NCBI GenBank assembly: GCA_000200715.1
Contig: DP000238.1
Coordinates: forward strand, 924,593-956,592
DNA: 32,000 bases
DNA from: Cenarchaeum symbiosum A
GTDB taxonomy: Archaea > Thermoproteota > Nitrososphaeria > Nitrososphaerales > Nitrosopumilaceae
Direction: 5' to 3'
Shown here one piece after another: positions 1 through 13,100 of the stretch; the first letter of the stretch is position 1, and every line of letters begins with the position of its first letter. A program made the translations under genes and the position numbers. The notes beneath the pieces were generated by a model. That model had not been told where the DNA came from. It made no database searches and worked only from the letters and a program-made list of their open reading frames with translations.

Positions 1-1146
1 GCGGCATACGCGGACAGCGCAGAGTCCGGCAGTGGCGAGCCCGGCGGGATGATATTCTCTGCCGACGGGACCAGCATGTACCTGCTCGATGCAGATGATG
101 GCGGCGTGCGCGAATATTCCATATCGCCCCCGTACGGCTTTGACTCTGTAAGCAGTGTAATGCTCCACGAAATAGAGGGCGCGGCCAACCTTACAGGCAT
201 GACGTTCTCGCCAGACGGAACGGCCATCTTTATCTCGGGAGACGCAGGAATATTCCGGTACGAGCTGCCCGCAGAGTACTCGCCTGCCGGGGCGGTTCTG
301 TCCGGCAGGTTTACGCCGGCGGCCCCCGCGGGTGCTCCCGCCGATATAGAGATCTCAGCCGACGGGCTGCACCTTGTTGTGGCAGGCGCAGACGGCTCCA
401 TACACGGGTACGCGCTCGACAGACAGTCCGAGCTGGGGGCACGCGGCGTGCCCCGCGCGCTGAATCTCGGAGGGGGGTCGGTCCCCGCGGGCGTGGCGTT
501 CTCTGGGAATGGCTCCATAGCATACGTGGCAGATTCCGGCAGCGGCGAGGTTCGCGCGTACGGCCTTGCCTCCCCGTACGACATACAGGGGGCCGCATCG
601 ATCTTCAGCCTGAGCGTTCCTGCAGTGCCGGCAGGTGTCGCGCTATCGCCTGACGGCCAGAGGATGCTAGTGCCCGAGCCCGGCGGCATTCTTCAGTATG
701 TGCTGGGCACGCCCTACGACCTGTCGTCTGCCGTGCTCGGGGTCAGTTTTGTCCCGGACGAGGAGCCGGATCCCCGCGGGGTCGCGTTTACACCCGACGG
801 CCTGCGGATGTTTGTATCAGGGCCGGAATTCATCCACAGATACGGGCTTGCAGAGCCGTACAATGTAGACGACCCCGCATACGCGGGATCCGACGCGTCC
901 CCCATTCCGTCAACCGAGGGGGTGGCGTTCTCTGATCACGGCTATAGGATGTTTGTCGCCGGCGGGGGCGCTGTCAGCGCCTACTCCCTGGATGATCCGT
1001 TTGCCCCGTCCACTGCCATCCACGACGGGTCGTTTGACCTCGGGGACGGGGCGGACCCGCGGGGCGTGGCATTCTCTGCGGACGGCAGCAGGATGTTCGT
1101 TCCCGGCGGCGGAAATGAATTCGTGCTACAATATGCAGTGGGAACG
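1..1146 (+). repeat. Propeller module P0, with 8 blades visible and truncated by the window edge.
   Basis: The blade cores are MIFSADG, MTFSPDG, IEISADG, VAFSGNG, VALSPDG, VAFTPDG, VAFSDHG and VAFSADG. The module ends at the hairpin HRIDVC..GGC (nt 1162-1197). Confidence 0.75.
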
Positions 1147-4100
1147 CACCGCATAGACGTGTGCCCCGACGGGATGTCGGTCTTTGAGGGCGGCTGCACG
1201 ATGACGGGGCCCGCGGGCGGGCCGCGCCTCGTATCTGCAGCCATGGACCCCCGCACCGGGGAGCTCGAGATGTTCTTTGATAGGGCAATGGACCCGGGCC
1301 TATCCACGGGGATTGTGCAGATACGGGACGGTGTATCGCCTGCCGGCGGAACCACTCTTGCGGGCAGCTTCTCGGCAGGGCCGCGGCCCGAGGTATTACG
1401 CATCACGCTTGAGAACGATTCCAGGGCAGAGGCTGCAGAATTTGCAGACCCCCGGCTGTACTTTGGAAATGATGCACTGCAGGGCTTGGACGGGGGGTTC
1501 TTCCCTGCCGCCTTTGACGCGCCGCGCACGGAATTCACGGGAGTGCTCGACGTCTCCACATGGGATACAACGGTACGCGGCGTCACATTTTCGCACGACG
1601 GGCTCCAGGTGTTCACGGTAAGCCACGGCGACACCATAGTCCGCTTTGTGCTCTCCGAGCCCTACGACATAAACACCGCGTCGCATGCGAGGACGTACGG
1701 CGGCAACATACAAGACGAGGCGGGCAGCGGCATAAGGTTCTCGTCTGACGGGATGATCATGTTCACATCCGACTGGGGCAAGGACGCCATCCACAGGTAC
1801 GACCTTGTCTCGCCATACGAGCTCGACGGAAGGGTGCGCGGCGGCTCGTTCAATGTGAGGTCCCAGACCGGGACGCCCTTTGGCCTTGACTTTTCCGCAG
1901 ACGGCAGCATCATGTTTGTGATCTCATCCAATCCGGGCACGCTCTTCCGGTACGACCTTGGAATTCCATACGACGTGAGGTCCGCCGTGCTCGATAGCAG
2001 GCTTGACATATCGGGCGAGCTCACCGCCGGCCACGGAGTAGACTTTGCCCCCGACGGCATGAGGTTCATAGCGGCGGGCTTTGAGTTTGAGGGCCCCGAC
2101 GCGACCAGCACGGATGTGAACCAGTACGACTTGTCCGAACCGTACAACATAACGAGCGCCGTGCATGCAGGCGCGTATATTGTGCCCGCTGCACAGGGCG
2201 GGTTTACCAACGACATAGCCCTCTCGGAGGACGGGACGGTATTCCTCCTGGCCGACCCCCAGTTTGACGCAATACAGCAGTTCAGGCTAGCCGAGCCGTT
2301 TGACCTGCTGCCCCGCGCATACCATGCGTCGGCCAACATTACAGCGCATGCGCCAGAACCAGAAGACATAGTGATCTATGGAAACGGCTCGCGAATGCTC
2401 ATACTCGACGGGGATGCGGGCGGCGTATACGAATACGGGATCGCCGAGCCTCACGACGTGCGCACCATGTCATATACGGGGGTGTTCCAGAATGTGACAA
2501 GGGACGGGGGGAGCCCCTCGGGGCTGGCCCTCTCGCCCGACGGAACACTCATGCTGGTATCAGGATCCCCGCAGGGCCACGTCTCCGCGTATGCACTGGG
2601 AACAGCACACGACATATCGAGTGCGGCCTACTCGAGCAGCCTCAACGTCTCAGATATGGCCCCGGACCCCACCGGCGTGGACATATCCGATGACGGGTCG
2701 TGGCTGTTCGTCAGCAGGGAGAGGGGAAGCCGGGGGGACGTGCACCGGTACCATCTGGCCGAGCCGTTTGAGATAGGCACGGCGCTGTACCTTGATACCC
2801 TGGATACGGACAAGGATGGCAGGCCTTCCGAGGCCGCCCTTGGAACAGACGGCCTGTATCTGCTTGCGACAAATAGGGACCTTGGCGCGGTGGCCCACTA
2901 TACAATGGATGTGCCGTTTGAGATCGACGGCGGCGTGCTGGAATACGTCCTGGATGTATCCCCAGAAGAGGCGGCACCCGCGGGGCTTGATGTGGCAGAT
3001 GACGGGAGCAGCATGCACGTGGCCGGCGCCGGCGGCATCCACCAGTACCTGTTTGACGGCAGGCCTCTAGAGTACTGTTCGGAAGGGCAGTCCATATACA
3101 ACGGCGCGTGCGCCGGCGGGCTGCCGGAGGCGCCATCCATAACGTCTGCTGCCGCAATGCTGCAGGCTGGCGGCGGAACTATAGAGGTCCGCTTTGACAG
3201 GCAGGTTCGCGCCGATACCGCAAGGCCTTCGATAATAAACATAACCGACGGGGGAGCGGCTGCAGGGTTTGCGCTAAATCCCGGCAGCGCCGCGGGAACA
3301 GGCAACGTGCTGAGCTTTGCCATCGATGCCGATGGTGCCGCAGAGCTGGCGGGGCAGGCGGGGCCCGTGGTCCGCTTTGGCGCGGGCTCGCTGCTCGCGG
3401 ATAACGGGGCCGCGTTTCCCCCCGTCTTTGGGCTGAGCCCCCTCATGTACGAGGGGGCGGTTGATACGTCCGCCCAGGCGGCAAGCGTGGGCGGCGCCGC
3501 GTTTGGCGCCGGCGGCAGCAGGTTGTTTGTAGCCGGGGAAGACGGCATGATTCACAGGTACGACCTGCCTGTGCCCTTCTGGCCCGCCGGCGCCACCCAT
3601 GCAGAGAGTCATGACTTTGGGGCGGGCGGCCTGGCGGGGGTTGCCCTGTCGGATAACGGCCGCAGGATCTTTGTCATAAGCGGGGCGGACGGCCGCATAG
3701 ACCAGTACAACCTCGGGACCGCCTTTGATCTTGGAGGACCTGTCCACATGGGATCGTTCGATACAGGGGCGAATGCCAGCGGGATATACCTTGCGCCCGG
3801 CGGCGCAAACATGCTCGTCTCAAATTCCAGCGGGTCTGTGCACAGGTATGCGCTCGGAGCGCTCTTTGATGTGACCTCCGCCGTTCCCGCGGGCTCCGCG
3901 GATACGGGCGCTATAGAGCCCACCGGCGTCGCGTTCTCGGCTGACGGCCTAAACATGATAGTCTCGGACCGGTCGGGCATGCTGCACAGCTATGCCCTGG
4001 GCGTGGGCTTTGATCTGGGCAGCCTGGTCCGCGGAGGCACGTTTAGCTCGGCCGTGCAGTCGCCGTCCCCCGCAGACGTGGCGTTCTCGCCGGATGGAAC

Positions 4101-7100
4101 GACGATGATCATATCCGAGAGAACAGGATCCATCCATGCGTACTCGCTCAACTCGCACCCGGTCAGGATCTGCGCCGCCCCGGGCATGCTGTCCGGGGGC
4201 GCATGCGCCCCGCCGGAGATGCCGCGGATCACAGATGCCGCGCTGGCTGGCGGCGTGGTGGTGCTCGAGTTTGACAGGACGATAGACGTCTCGACTGTCA
4301 ACATATCGAGAATGCACGTGGCCGACGGGCTGAACCTGAGCAGGAGCGTGGACCTCCACGGGGGCATCCTCGAGACCGCCTCGGATCTTGACACGCTAAG
4401 AATCAGGCACTCCGGCCTGCTCGGTGCTGAATTTGGAGACGCCTCCATTCACTTTGACGCAGGGGCACTTGAGGATTCCATGGGCATGCCGTTTCCCCCC
4501 GCGTTCGGGCTGCCCCTGCCCGCCCACGTGGAGACGCTCTCCGGGGTAGTAGGGGAGAGACCTACCGGGATGGCCTTTGATCCCGGCGGCATGCGCATGT
4601 ACGTGACTGGGCGGGACCCGGGGGCTGTGCGCATGTACGCGCTTCCGGGGCCCTTTGATATAGCGGGGGCCGTCGAGGGTGACGCGTTTTCTGTAGAAGA
4701 GGACGGCGTCCCGACGGGCATCGCGTTTTCCCCGAACGGCAGCCGCATGTTCCTCTCGGGGAACACGGGCGATTCCATATACGGGTACAATCTATCCATC
4801 CCGTACGATGTGACTACTTCCGTGCACTCGGAGACCTTTTCGGTGGCAGGCCAGGACGCCTCCCCCACGGGCGTGGCGTTCTCAGATGACGGCATGCACA
4901 TGATGGTCTCCGGGGATGCAGGGGACTCTGTATACGCGTATGTGCTAGCAGAGCCGTACGACATAACGGGCGCCGTGCATGCGGGCACGCTCGACATATC
5001 AGGACAGGAGACGGGCCCAAACGATATAGCCATCGGGCCGCTGGGGATGCGCGTCTTTGTAACAGGGGGCGCAGGAGGCGCTGTGCACATGTACGAGCTT
5101 GCCGAACAGTACTCGCTTGACGGGGCGCTATACTCTGCAACGCTTGCAGTGGGCGGCGAGGATTCCGCCCCCGTGGGCTCTGCATTCTCGGGGCACGGCC
5201 TTGACATATTCGTAATTGGCAACCAGAACGACGGCGTATACGGGTACGACCTTGCCGCGCCCTACGACCTCTCACAGGCGGGCACAGACCTGTACACGCC
5301 GGATGCCTCCGGCGACATAAACCCCACCGGGGCCGTCCTGTCCCCTGACGGCGCGCACCTCTTCATAACTGACAGCACGGAGGTAATAGACCTGCGGCAC
5401 GACCTGGCAGTCCCCAATTACATAGCATCTGCGGGCCCCGCCGGGACGCTGCCGACGGGCACGGCGGGCATCACGGGGGCGGACATATCAGCCGACGGGA
5501 CGATGATCTTTGTCATGAACAACAGCGATGATACGGTGTACAGGTATTCCATGGATGCCCCGTACGATGTATCAGCGGCAGTCGAGGACATGACTCTCGA
5601 CGTCTCCGGTCAGGAGAGGACGCCGACGGGGCTAGACGTCTCATCTGATGGAACATGGATCTTTGTCACCGGGATTACCAGCGATTCTGTGCACAGCTAC
5701 CGCATGGGCACGCCCTTTGATATAGGCGGGGCCGCATACAATGCATCCCTGGCCGTCCAGGACTCCGCCCCGCAGGGTGTAGCAGTGTCGGACGACGGGC
5801 TGTTCATCATGGTGGCGGGAAACGAAAACGACAGGCTGTACAGGTATGCCATGTCCTCCCCGTTCGACCTGAATACCGCGTCATATGCCGGCTCGTTTTA
5901 CACGGGAATGCAGGATGTTACGCCGCGGGACGTCTCGTTTGCGGCAGGCGGCACATCGGTCCTTGTGCCCGGGAGCAGCAACGACTCTGTGCACAAGTAC
6001 CCCCTGAATGTGCACCGCCTGGAGGTCTGCCAGGAGGGCGAGCGGTTCACAAACGGGGCATGCTCCGTCAGGGCGGCAGGGAGCCCATCCATGGTATCCG
6101 CCTCGATAGACGGCTCCGCCCTACTCAGCATGCTGTTTGACCAGGAGATAGATGCAGGCACGGTGGACGCTTCGAGAATCCACGTCAGGGACGGGGGAGG
6201 GTTTGACGGAGGGATTGCCCTGTCCGGATTAAACGCCACCATAAGCGGGGGGGCAGTAGAGTTTGTCCTGGGGACGGCGGATGCCGCCGAGGTGCTCGGA
6301 TATGAAAACCCGAGGCTGCACTTTGATTCAGGCGCGCTATCCAGCTCCGGCGGGGGGAGCTTTCCGCGCCCCTACGGGCTGCCCCTGCCGGCATACAGGG
6401 AGAGCGTGCCCGCGCCAGGAGACGGGACTGTTCCCGGAGGGCTGGCCTTTTCGCCTGACGGCATGCGGATGTACACGCTGGGCACAGGCAATGGAACCGT
6501 AGAAGAGTACAGCCTTTCTGGCCCCTACGATTCGTCTGGCGCCACGCTCCAGGGTTCACTGTACATAGGGGAGAGGGAGGAGAGCCCCACCGGGCTTGCC
6601 CTTGGGGATGACGGCAGCGCCCTATTTGTCGTGGGCACCGGTTCCGGTTCTGTGCACATGTATGATCTAGACTCTGCATACTCTGTAGAGAGCGCCACAT
6701 ATGCAGGCTCGAGGACGGTATCGGGGCAGGAGGGCGAGCCTGCAGGGGTCGCCTTCTCGTCAAACGGCACGCTCATGTTCGTCTTCGGGGAACAGACGGG
6801 GCAGGTGCACAGGTACGGCCTAGAGCAGCCGTACCGGCCAGGCGGGTCCGGGTACCTTGGAGTGTTTGACCCCGGGGACCTGCCGGGAATCCCGCAGGAT
6901 ATCATATTCTCGGCCGACGGGAGCGGCATGTCGCTGCTCTATTCCGGGGAGGTGCCGGGGGTCATCTCGGATGCGGTGCACCATTACCGGCTGGGGGCCC
7001 CGTACGAGACGGCGGGCGCCGCATACGCGGGCAACTATTCTGTAACCCGGTGGGATGACGAGCCCCGGGGCGCGGCCTATGCGGCCGACGGCAGCAGCAT

Positions 7101-10100
7101 GCTGGTTCTGGGCGCAGAAGGCATCCACAGGTATGATCTTGCCGCCCCGTTTGATCCCGTCAGGACCATCAGCTCGGGGCGGACAGATATCAGCTCCGAC
7201 GTGCAGTACCCGATAGATGCGGCATTCTCCGCGGATGGTACGAGGATGTTCGCGCTGGATCTGTCCGATCCGCACATTCACGTGTACGAGCTGGGCACGC
7301 CGTTTGACGCGCGCACCGCAAGCCGCACGATGCTGCTCAACCTGACAGAAGAGCGCAATCCAAAGGGTATAGAGTTCTCAAGGGACGGCACGCAGATGAT
7401 GATCCTCGGCAGGGAAGAGCTGCACAGGTATTCCCTTGACGAGCCGTTTGAAACAGAGCCCGTCCATGTATCGACCCAGGATGATTTCATCTTTATCGTA
7501 AACAGGTTCAGCGGGATGGACTTTTCATCCGACGGCCTGAGCCTGTTCCATACCAGCCTTGCCTCCCTGCAGGTCCAGGCGTTCAGCCTCGGTGCTCCAT
7601 ACGACATACGGTCGTATGCGCACCTGCCGTCACTGAACATAGGGGAGCTCGGCAGCCAGCCCGTGGCGCTTGCGTTCTCTGAATCAGGCGACAGGATGTT
7701 TGTTCTCGAGGCGGGATCCGACGGCCTGCACGAATACAGCCTTGGAATACCGTACAACCTGGACACGGCGGAGCGCGCGGGCACCCATGTGGCAGGCGTA
7801 TTAGATGCAAGCATCGGCGGGATCTCGTTTTCAAAAGACGGGCAGAAGCTGTACATTCTCAGCGACGTGCCGGGCACAATAGACCAGCATGTTATCGGCA
7901 CGCGCCAGCTCAACACATGCTCGGCAGATCAGGCGGCATTTGAGGGGACATGCAGGAGGGAGCTTGCCGTGCACGGAAGCGACGAGCCGGCAGTAAGCGA
8001 GAACCCGGCGCGGCACATCGGCGACGAGTCCGCGGTGGCGGACTCTGCGGTGGCCGAGATCACCTTCCATCAGGCTCCCGTGTTCAACGGGGCATTTCTG
8101 GACATGGGGGGGAGAATCCTCGAGCTGGCCTTTGACGAGGAGATAGACGTGGCAAGGCCGGAGAGAATGAGCATAACTGATTCAAAAGACTATGCGCAGG
8201 GCACATCCCTCGCAGGCGCCTCGGTGGGCGGGGAAGGCGGGATAGTGCGCCTCGGCCTGACGGCAGAACAGATGGCCGGGATAGCCAGTTATCAGAGCCC
8301 CGCGCTGCGCCTCGGGGAATTGGCCGTGATCGGAACCGGCGGCGGCGCGTTTCCGGGCCCCTACGATATAGCAGATGCGGCATACGTGGGATCGGCAGAC
8401 GTGGCTGGCGACGCATCCCACCCCACCGGGGTTGCATTTGCCCCAAACGGCTCGAGGTTCTTTGTGGCCGACCCCACAAATGTAAGAAGCAGGGTGGTCC
8501 AGTACGGCTGGGACGGCTCCAACATAGCTAGCGCCGCGCCCGAGGGGTCGGCTGTGCTCACCGGGCCGGAGAACTCCCGCAACATAGAGTTGGGCGGCAT
8601 CTCGCTTGACCCGGATGGCGGCAGGCTGCTGGCCACCGATATCGAGGGGTCCGCCAGGGTGTACTCGTATTCGATAGAGGGGGCGGAGATAGGCGCGCTG
8701 GAGTATGACGGGGGCAGCCTCAACACAAACAACAGGGCGAGCTTCCCGACGGACGCGGTGGCGGGCTTTGGGGGGCACAGGCTGTTTGTAAGCAATTATG
8801 TCGACAGCAGGATACACGTGTACAACCTGGACAGACCCCACGACATAGGCGCAGGCAGCGCGGCATACAACGGGTCCGTGCAGACAGATGCGGGCGGCCT
8901 CAACGCAACGGGCGTCTTTGTATCCCCCAACGGGGCGCACATGATCGTGACCCTCCAGGACGGGCTCGACGGGGGGAGAATACTCCGGTACAACATGTCC
9001 ACGCCGTTTGACGCATACGGGATAATACAGGACGGCGCGCTGGATATTTCGGGCGAGACCGTGGCGCCGCAGGGCGCGGCCTTTACACCCGACGGCCTCG
9101 AGATGATAGTGGTGGATAGTGCCGTGGGAATGCTGCGCCATTATTCCCTGGGAATACGGAACATCACAGTATGCGAGGAGGGGATGATTGTAGACTCGGG
9201 AATGTGCACCGTAGAGAGGGCGGACGCGACGAGCAGGCCCGGGGTCTCGGACAGAGCTTCCATCCGGGAGATGGCGCCGACGGTCCTCTCGGTCTCGCTG
9301 TACGCGGACCCGGGGGTGCTCGAGATAGCCTTTGATGCGGCGATAAACTCCAGCCTGACCGACCCCTCTAAAATGCACATAAGGGACGGATCCGCGCCGT
9401 CGGGCGGGACATCCCTTGCGGGCGGGGGCGTCGTGGGCAGCACGCCAGAGAATGCGGCGGGGATAAGCCTCACGCAGGCGCAGCTCTCCGAGATATCAGG
9501 GTACGAAAATCCCACCCTGCATCTGGCCCCCGGCGCACTGCAGAGCATCGGGGGCCACGCGTACCCGCCCGGCGGCGGCCTGCCATTCCCGTCGGAATAC
9601 GCGAGCATAGACCTTTTGGAATACGACAACTCTGCGGCAGCGATAGCATTCTCAGAAGACGGCACAAGGATGTTCATGATCGGGGGCGAGTTTGAGACCG
9701 TGTTTGCATTCGATCTGTCCCGGCCGTTTATGATAGATACTGCGCGGCCCGCGGGATCATTCCATGCAGGCGACGATGTGAGGTTTGTAGAAGACATGGA
9801 GTTTGCGCGCGGCGGGGGATCTGTATTTGTCTCCGATTCATCGACCGACCTTGTACATGCGTACGCGCTTGGCGCCCCCTACGACGTGACCACGGCAGTG
9901 CGCGAACAGACGCTGGACACGGGTGCCGACGGGCTGGACGCCAGGGGGACTGCCTTTTCGCGCGACGGCAGGACGCTGTTTGTGCTCGATGGGGACGAGA
10001 CTGCCGCCAGGTATGCCACATCCTCGCCCTACTACATAGAGGGGGCCGAGTATGAAGGGGACGTACCCGTGGACGGGGCGCGCTTTGTGACCAATATGGA

Positions 10101-13100
10101 GTTCTCCAGGGACGGCACCACGATGCTGATAGTCGCGGTCAACACCAGCGGCGCCTTCAGCCTGGAGATACTCCAGTATGGCATGGATGCGCCATTCGAT
10201 GTGGGATCGGCCGAGCCCGAGGGCACGCTCGATACGGAGATACTGGGGGATCCGGTGGATGTGGCGGTCTCGTCAGACGGCCTGCGGGCATTTGCAATAG
10301 CCGGCGGCACCAGCACCGTGCACGGCTTCTCCCTGGCCGGCGCGTTTGACGCGGCCCGGTATCCGCCGGCAGAGGGCGCGTACGTGGGCGCAGAAGAGCA
10401 GGCGCCAACGGGCGCGGCAGTCTCCGGCGACGGGTCCATCTTTGTAGTCGGGGAATCTGGGATGATACGCAGGTATGACGCGGGCTCCGGCGGGTATGCA
10501 GAGGCGTATTCCGGCGCGGACAGAAACGCCACGGCGGCCACGGATATTGCATTCTCGGATGACGGCATGCTTGTCTTCATACTTGATGACGGCTCCGATG
10601 CGCTGTACGGATACAGGGCGGACTCGCCGTACGAGCTCGGCGGGCTGCCGCCGGCAGGCAGCCTGTATGTTGGGGATAATTCAAGCTCGCCTGCGGGGGC
10701 TGCATTCTCGGATGGCGGGGGCAGGCTCTTTGTGGCGGATGGCGCGACGGGAATGGTGCACGGGTATTCGCTTGCGGCGCCCTATGCGCTGGATGGCGCC
10801 ACATATACGGGGTCGTACGATTCTTCAGAACAGCAGGGCGCCCCCACCGGGGTGGCATTCTCGCCCGGTGGCATGGAGATGTTCATTTCAGGGGGGGAGT
10901 TTGTGCACATGTACGGGCTTGATGCGCCCTATGAGGTGGAATCGGCAGACAGTTCAGGCTCGTTCTATACGGGAAGGCATGACGGCGCCATACAGGGCGT
11001 GGACTTTTTCCCCGGCGGCTCGGCCATGGCGGTGGTCGGGGATGAGACGGACACCGTATACGTCTACGCGCTGGGCACGCACCACATCAGAGAGTGCGGT
11101 TTGGAGTATTCCTCCGGCGTGTGCATGCCTGATGACCTGCTTGCATACGGAAGGGCGGCGCCAACAGTGGCCGATTCGGCCGGGCTGGCGGCATTGTTCT
11201 TCCTGTCGGGAGGCGACGCGCCGGCGGTTCTAGATCTGCCCGGCGTGGGCGAGATCCCCATCCTGCCCATACCCGTGCCCGGCGATGACAGCCCGTCATT
11301 TGCGGAACTGCCCGGCGTGAAAGTCATGATGGGTGTAGGTGCTCCGAATGGAACGGACAGGCCGACCGTGGCAGAGGAGCACCGCCTGGTCCGGACCGTG
11401 TCGTTGTCCGGAAACGACACCCTGACAGTTGAGGAGAGGGACGACGTGGGATCCATGGCAAGGCCGAATGCAACGGATGCGCCGGCCATATCCGATCCGG
11501 TCAGGGTGGCCGTATTGTTCCATCTGGAGGGAGACGACGCGCCGGCTGTTCTAGATCTGCCCAGCGTGGGCGAGATGGCCAATCGGCCCATACCCGTGCC
11601 CGGCGATGACAGCCCGTCATTTGCGGAACTGCCCGGCGTGAAAGTCATGATGGGTGGAGATGCTCCAAATGGAACGGACAGGCCGACCGTGGCCGAGGAG
11701 CACCGCCTGGTCCGGACCGTGTCGTTGTCCGGAAACGACACCCTGACAGTTGAGGAGAGGGACGACGTGGGATCCATGGCAAGGCCGAATGCAACGGATG
11801 CGCCGGCCATATCCGATCCGGTCAGGGTGGCCGTATTGTTCCATCTGGAGGGAGACGACGCGCCGGCTGTTCTAGATGTGCCCGGCGTGGGCGAGACGGC
11901 CAATCGGCCCATACCCGTGCCCGGCGATGACAGCCCGTCATTTGCGGAACTGCCCGGCGTGAAAGTCATGATGGGTGGAGATGCTCCGAATGGAACGGAC
12001 AGGCCGACCGTGGCAGAGGAGCACCGCCTGGTCCGGACCGTGTCGTTGTCCGGAAACGACACCCTGACAGTTGAGGAGAGGGACGACGTGGGATCCATGG
12101 CAACCCCGAATGCAACGGATGCGCCGGCCATATCCGATCCGGTCAGGGTGGCCGTATTGTTCCATCTGGAGGGAGACGACGCGCCGGCTGTTCTAGATCT
12201 GCCCGGCGTGGGCGAGACGGCCAATCGGCCCATACCCGTGCCCGGCGATGACAGCCCGTCATTTGCGGAACTGCCCGGCGTGAAAGTCATGATGGGTGGA
12301 GATGCTCCAAATGGAACGGACAGGCCGACCGTGGCAGAGGAGCACCGCCTGGTCCGGACCGTGTCGTTGTCCGGAAACGACACCCCGTCAGTTGAGGAGA
12401 GGGAAGACGTGGGCGGCATGAGCCGGAATGCAGTGGATAGGCCGGCCATATCCGATCCGGCCAGGCTGTCTGCACAGTTCTTCCTGTCTGGAGACGACGC
12501 GCCGACGGTTCTAGATGTGCCCAGCGTGAGCGATCGCGCGGAGCACACTGGCAGCGGTGTGATGTCGCCGCCTGACCTGCAGGTGGTTTCCACCGTGCTG
12601 GACAGCAGGGGCGTACTGGAGATAACCTTTGACGGATTGGTGGTCGCAGAGAATATAGACTACAACCTGATTAGCATTACCGACGGGTATGCGCCAGCCG
12701 GGCGCATACTGCTGTCCCCCGGCGAGCTCACCCATTCCGGGGAGAACAGTCTGCGCTATACCCTGGGCGAGAACAAGTGGAACCTTGTGCGGAATTATGC
12801 GGATCCCCGGCTGCGGGTCGACATCGGGGCACTCGGGCCGGGCCTGCCCGATGTAGGATACCGGCTGCCGGATTCATTGTACCCGTACGAGCCGGATGTT
12901 GTATCCGCGGCCCTGCCCAACAACACCGAGGGAGCGCATCAGGGACTTGCATTCTCGAGGGACGGCACGGTGATGTTCACGGTGGGTCTGAATCTGGACA
13001 CGGTGTTCCGGTATGTGCTAGAACAACCCTACGACATATCCTCGGCAAGAATTGAAGGAAACTACAGCGTGGGCGACCGGGAGGTCAACCCGCGCGGACT

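Noticed and set aside
49-51. The ATG at 49 as the true start of the giant gene.
   Set aside because: The frame is open from nt 1. The upstream 16 codons look like part of a repeat blade or loop, and the M sits inside the blade core (MIFSADG, compare G-x-x-FSxDG elsewhere).
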